64,000 bases of DNA. Origin: an uncultured Clostridium sp. (GTDB taxonomy: Bacteria; Bacillota; Clostridia; TANB77; CAG-508). The notes under the pieces are model-generated. The model did no database searches and had not been told where the DNA came from. It worked only from the letters and a program-made list of their open reading frames with translations. Below, in pieces: positions 61,973 to 64,000 of the stretch; position 1 is the first letter of the stretch, and each line of letters starts with the position of its first letter. The stretch lies in the NCBI GenBank assembly GCA_900554815.1, contig USIO01000002.1:192-64191 (forward strand). The letters run 5' to 3'. Position numbers and translations under genes: made by a program.

Positions 61973-62617
61973 TTAATTTTTACGCTTTCCAAAGATTGAT
62001 AGCAACCTTAAGAATATATTAATAAAATCAAGATATATTTCCATAGCACCATATATGTGCAATTTATTCTCTGGTATAATGTCTGTATATTGTAATCGTT
62101 TTATTCTTTGAATATCATAGGCAGTTATTCCAAAAAATACTATTAAAACAACCCATGAAATAACAAGATCAAAAGTTGAACTTTGTGTAAATAAATTAAT
62201 AACACTTGTAATAATAGCTGCAATTAAAAAACCATATAGCATTGGTGCAAACCTTCCTAAGTCCATATTAGTTTTATAACCTAAAAATCCTATTGTTGCA
62301 AATCCAATTGCTGCTGTAAAAAAGCAAATAAAAATAGATTCAATTTCAAATGCAAAAAAGATTGTAGATAGAGTAACACCATTAATAATTGCATAAACAA
62401 AATATAAAATTGCAACTACTGCTGGAGGTAATTTTTTAAATAAAAATGAAAATAATAATACCACTATTATTTCTACAATTAGTAATATTGAAAATGTGTT
62501 ATTAAATACAAATTGAAACATCAATCCTGTTTTAAAAGTATACCATGATACAATTCCTGTTACCAATAATCCTAAAAACATCCATAATAACGTTTTGCTT
62601 AAAACTTTATTTTCCAT
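61973..62617 (-). CDS. Bax inhibitor-1/YccA family membrane protein
   Basis: 7 TM helices. C-terminus AMEIYLDFINIFLRLLSIFG is typical of the BI-1 family. Confidence 0.6.
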   Translation of the reverse strand: MENKVLSKTLLWMFLGLLVTGIVSWYTFKTGLMFQFVFNNTFSILLIVEIIVVLLFSFLFKKLPPAVVAILYFVYAIINGVTLSTIFFAFEIESIFICFFTAAIGFATIGFLGYKTNMDLGRFAPMLYGFLIAAIITSVINLFTQSSTFDLVISWVVLIVFFGITAYDIQRIKRLQYTDIIPENKLHIYGAMEIYLDFINIFLRLLSIFGKRKN

Positions 62618-62646
62618 ATATTCACTTCCTTATTTTTTTGCGTTTT

Positions 62647-63090
62647 TTATAATGCATTAACAATATCTTGTTTGTCTTTCACTCCAACAAATGTTGCTGT
62701 AGGTTTGCCATTTTTAAAAATAATAATTGTTGGTATGCTCATAACACTATATTTCATTGCTAGGTCTTGGTTTTTGTCAACATCTACTTTTACCACTTTT
62801 ACATTGCTGTTTTCTTCTGCAATGTTTTCAATTATAGGGGACATCATTTTACATGGCCCACACCAAGTAGCAAAAAAGTCTACTAATACAGTAGTTTGTG
62901 AATCGAGTACCTCCTTTTCAAAATCTTGGCTCATAATTTCTGCTACATTCATTTTGTTTTCCTCCTTTTCACTTTTATTTATTTGTTTATTTATATAAGA
63001 ATTCATTATATAGTTATATAAAACTGTAAGTATTACTACTATTATAATAAATATTATTATTTGTAGTATTAGTTTCTTCTTTTTATCCAT
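62647..63090 (-). CDS. Membrane-anchored thioredoxin
   Basis: N-terminal TM helix. FFATWCGPCKMMSP active site. Confidence 0.75.
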   Translation of the reverse strand: MDKKKKLILQIIIFIIIVVILTVLYNYIMNSYINKQINKSEKEENKMNVAEIMSQDFEKEVLDSQTTVLVDFFATWCGPCKMMSPIIENIAEENSNVKVVKVDVDKNQDLAMKYSVMSIPTIIIFKNGKPTATFVGVKDKQDIVNAL

Positions 63091-63117
63091 TTACATATCC
63101 TTTCTTTTAAGTTTATT

Positions 63118-63750
63118 TTATTTAATAATAACTATAATCCCACTTATTATTAAAATAATTCCTGCAATTTTATTAATTATATTATAATTATTTTTAATTA
63201 ATTGAAAGGTTGTTTTTAGTTTTTCTAAAAATATTGCTGTTATTATAAAAGGAATTCCTAGCCCTAAAGAGTATAAAAATAGCATAATAACTCCCTGTGT
63301 AATACAACCATATGTTGCACTCATTATCAAGGCAGAACTTAAAAAAACTCCAACGCATGGCGTCCAGCAAATCGAAAACAATATTCCAAATAAAATAGAA
63401 GAAAAAAAGCTTAAGTCTTTTTCTTTTCGTTTTATTCCTTTTGTTTTGTTTAATATTTTAATTCGTAATATTCCCATATAATGCAATCCAAATAATATAA
63501 TAATTATTCCAAAAACAATATTAATATAATAAATATATTTTTGAATTATTTTCCCAAGTGTGCTTGCAAATACTCCTAACAATATAAACAAAATTGTAAA
63601 TCCTAGTATAAACCCTAGTGCATTAATTATAGTTTTTTTTAAGCTTTTATCTTGTCCTGCAAAATATGATATATACATTGGTAGCATTGGCAAAACACAA
63701 GGAGAAATAAAAGACGCAAATCCTTCTATAAAAATTAATAAATAATCCAT
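63118..63750 (-). CDS. ccdA: Cytochrome c-type biogenesis/thiol-disulfide transporter CcdA (DsbD family)
   Basis: FISPCVLPMLPMYISYFAG and a second Cys in ICWTPCVG. Confidence 0.7.
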   Translation of the reverse strand: MDYLLIFIEGFASFISPCVLPMLPMYISYFAGQDKSLKKTIINALGFILGFTILFILLGVFASTLGKIIQKYIYYINIVFGIIIILFGLHYMGILRIKILNKTKGIKRKEKDLSFFSSILFGILFSICWTPCVGVFLSSALIMSATYGCITQGVIMLFLYSLGLGIPFIITAIFLEKLKTTFQLIKNNYNIINKIAGIILIISGIIVIIK

Positions 63751-63753
63751 TTT

Positions 63754-64000
63754 TTATCCTCTTCTTAAATATTGTATAACAGAAAATCCTGCTTTCATGC
63801 CTTCATATACCGCCTTAGAAATTTGGTATATGCCTCCTGTGCAGTCTCCGCAAGCATACATACCAGGAATATTTGTTTCCATATTTTCATTTACAGCAAT
63901 AGTTTCATTTCTTAAAAGTATGCCTAATTTTTTTGCAAAGTCACTACTATTTGCTACTCCTTGGGCGATAAATACTCCATCCACCTTTAATTTTGTATTA
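63754..64000 (-). CDS. Thioredoxin-disulfide reductase-like FAD oxidoreductase, C-terminal end only (gene runs past the window end)
   Basis: ..PGMYACGDCTGGIYQISKAVYEGMKAGFSVIQYLRRG matches the TrxB C-terminus. Frame is open to position 64000. Confidence 0.5.
   Translation of the reverse strand, partial: NTKLKVDGVFIAQGVANSSDFAKKLGILLRNETIAVNENMETNIPGMYACGDCTGGIYQISKAVYEGMKAGFSVIQYLRRG

Overview
AT-rich (about 28% GC) chromosome segment from a low-GC Firmicute, probably Clostridia-like. Positions 1179-37191 are a siphovirus-type temperate prophage with late genes on the minus strand. From low to high coordinates it carries a lysis cassette (amidase endolysin with CW_7-like repeats, small coupled peptide, holin, XkdX), then a complete diversity-generating retroelement (DGR: reverse transcriptase, template repeat TR, Avd, target gene with C-terminal variable repeat VR). 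Next come tail genes (Tal-like, Dit, tape measure, chaperone G/GT with a -1 frameshift site, major tail), head-tail joining genes, HK97-type capsid, protease, portal, terminase, an HNH/P-loop fusion, a C5-methyltransferase, a ParB-like nuclease and a degenerate tRNA-fMet-like element. About 9 kb of small early ORFs follows (RusA, NUMOD4-HNH endonuclease, Spo0A-C-like protein, zinc ribbons, paralog pairs) with no recognisable replication module. The prophage ends with a Cro/CI (LexA-like) switch with palindromic operators, a TM2-domain membrane protein, a tyrosine integrase, a repeat-rich attL region and tRNA-Gly. The left boundary (attR) was not found in the window. The right 27 kb is host DNA: a DnaA-box cluster, tgt, queA, ileS with a T-box leader, tsf, rpsB, a GC-rich secreted-protein gene, mrnC, rbgA, pfk, pyk, a glgP-family phosphorylase, tcdA, BI-1, thioredoxin/ccdA and a trxB-like 3' end. 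Five host genes (rbgA, tgt, an HExxH protein, glgP, tcdA) are each broken by the same single-C insertion immediately 5' of GG. The most notable system is the prophage DGR aimed at the tail-fibre-like protein.
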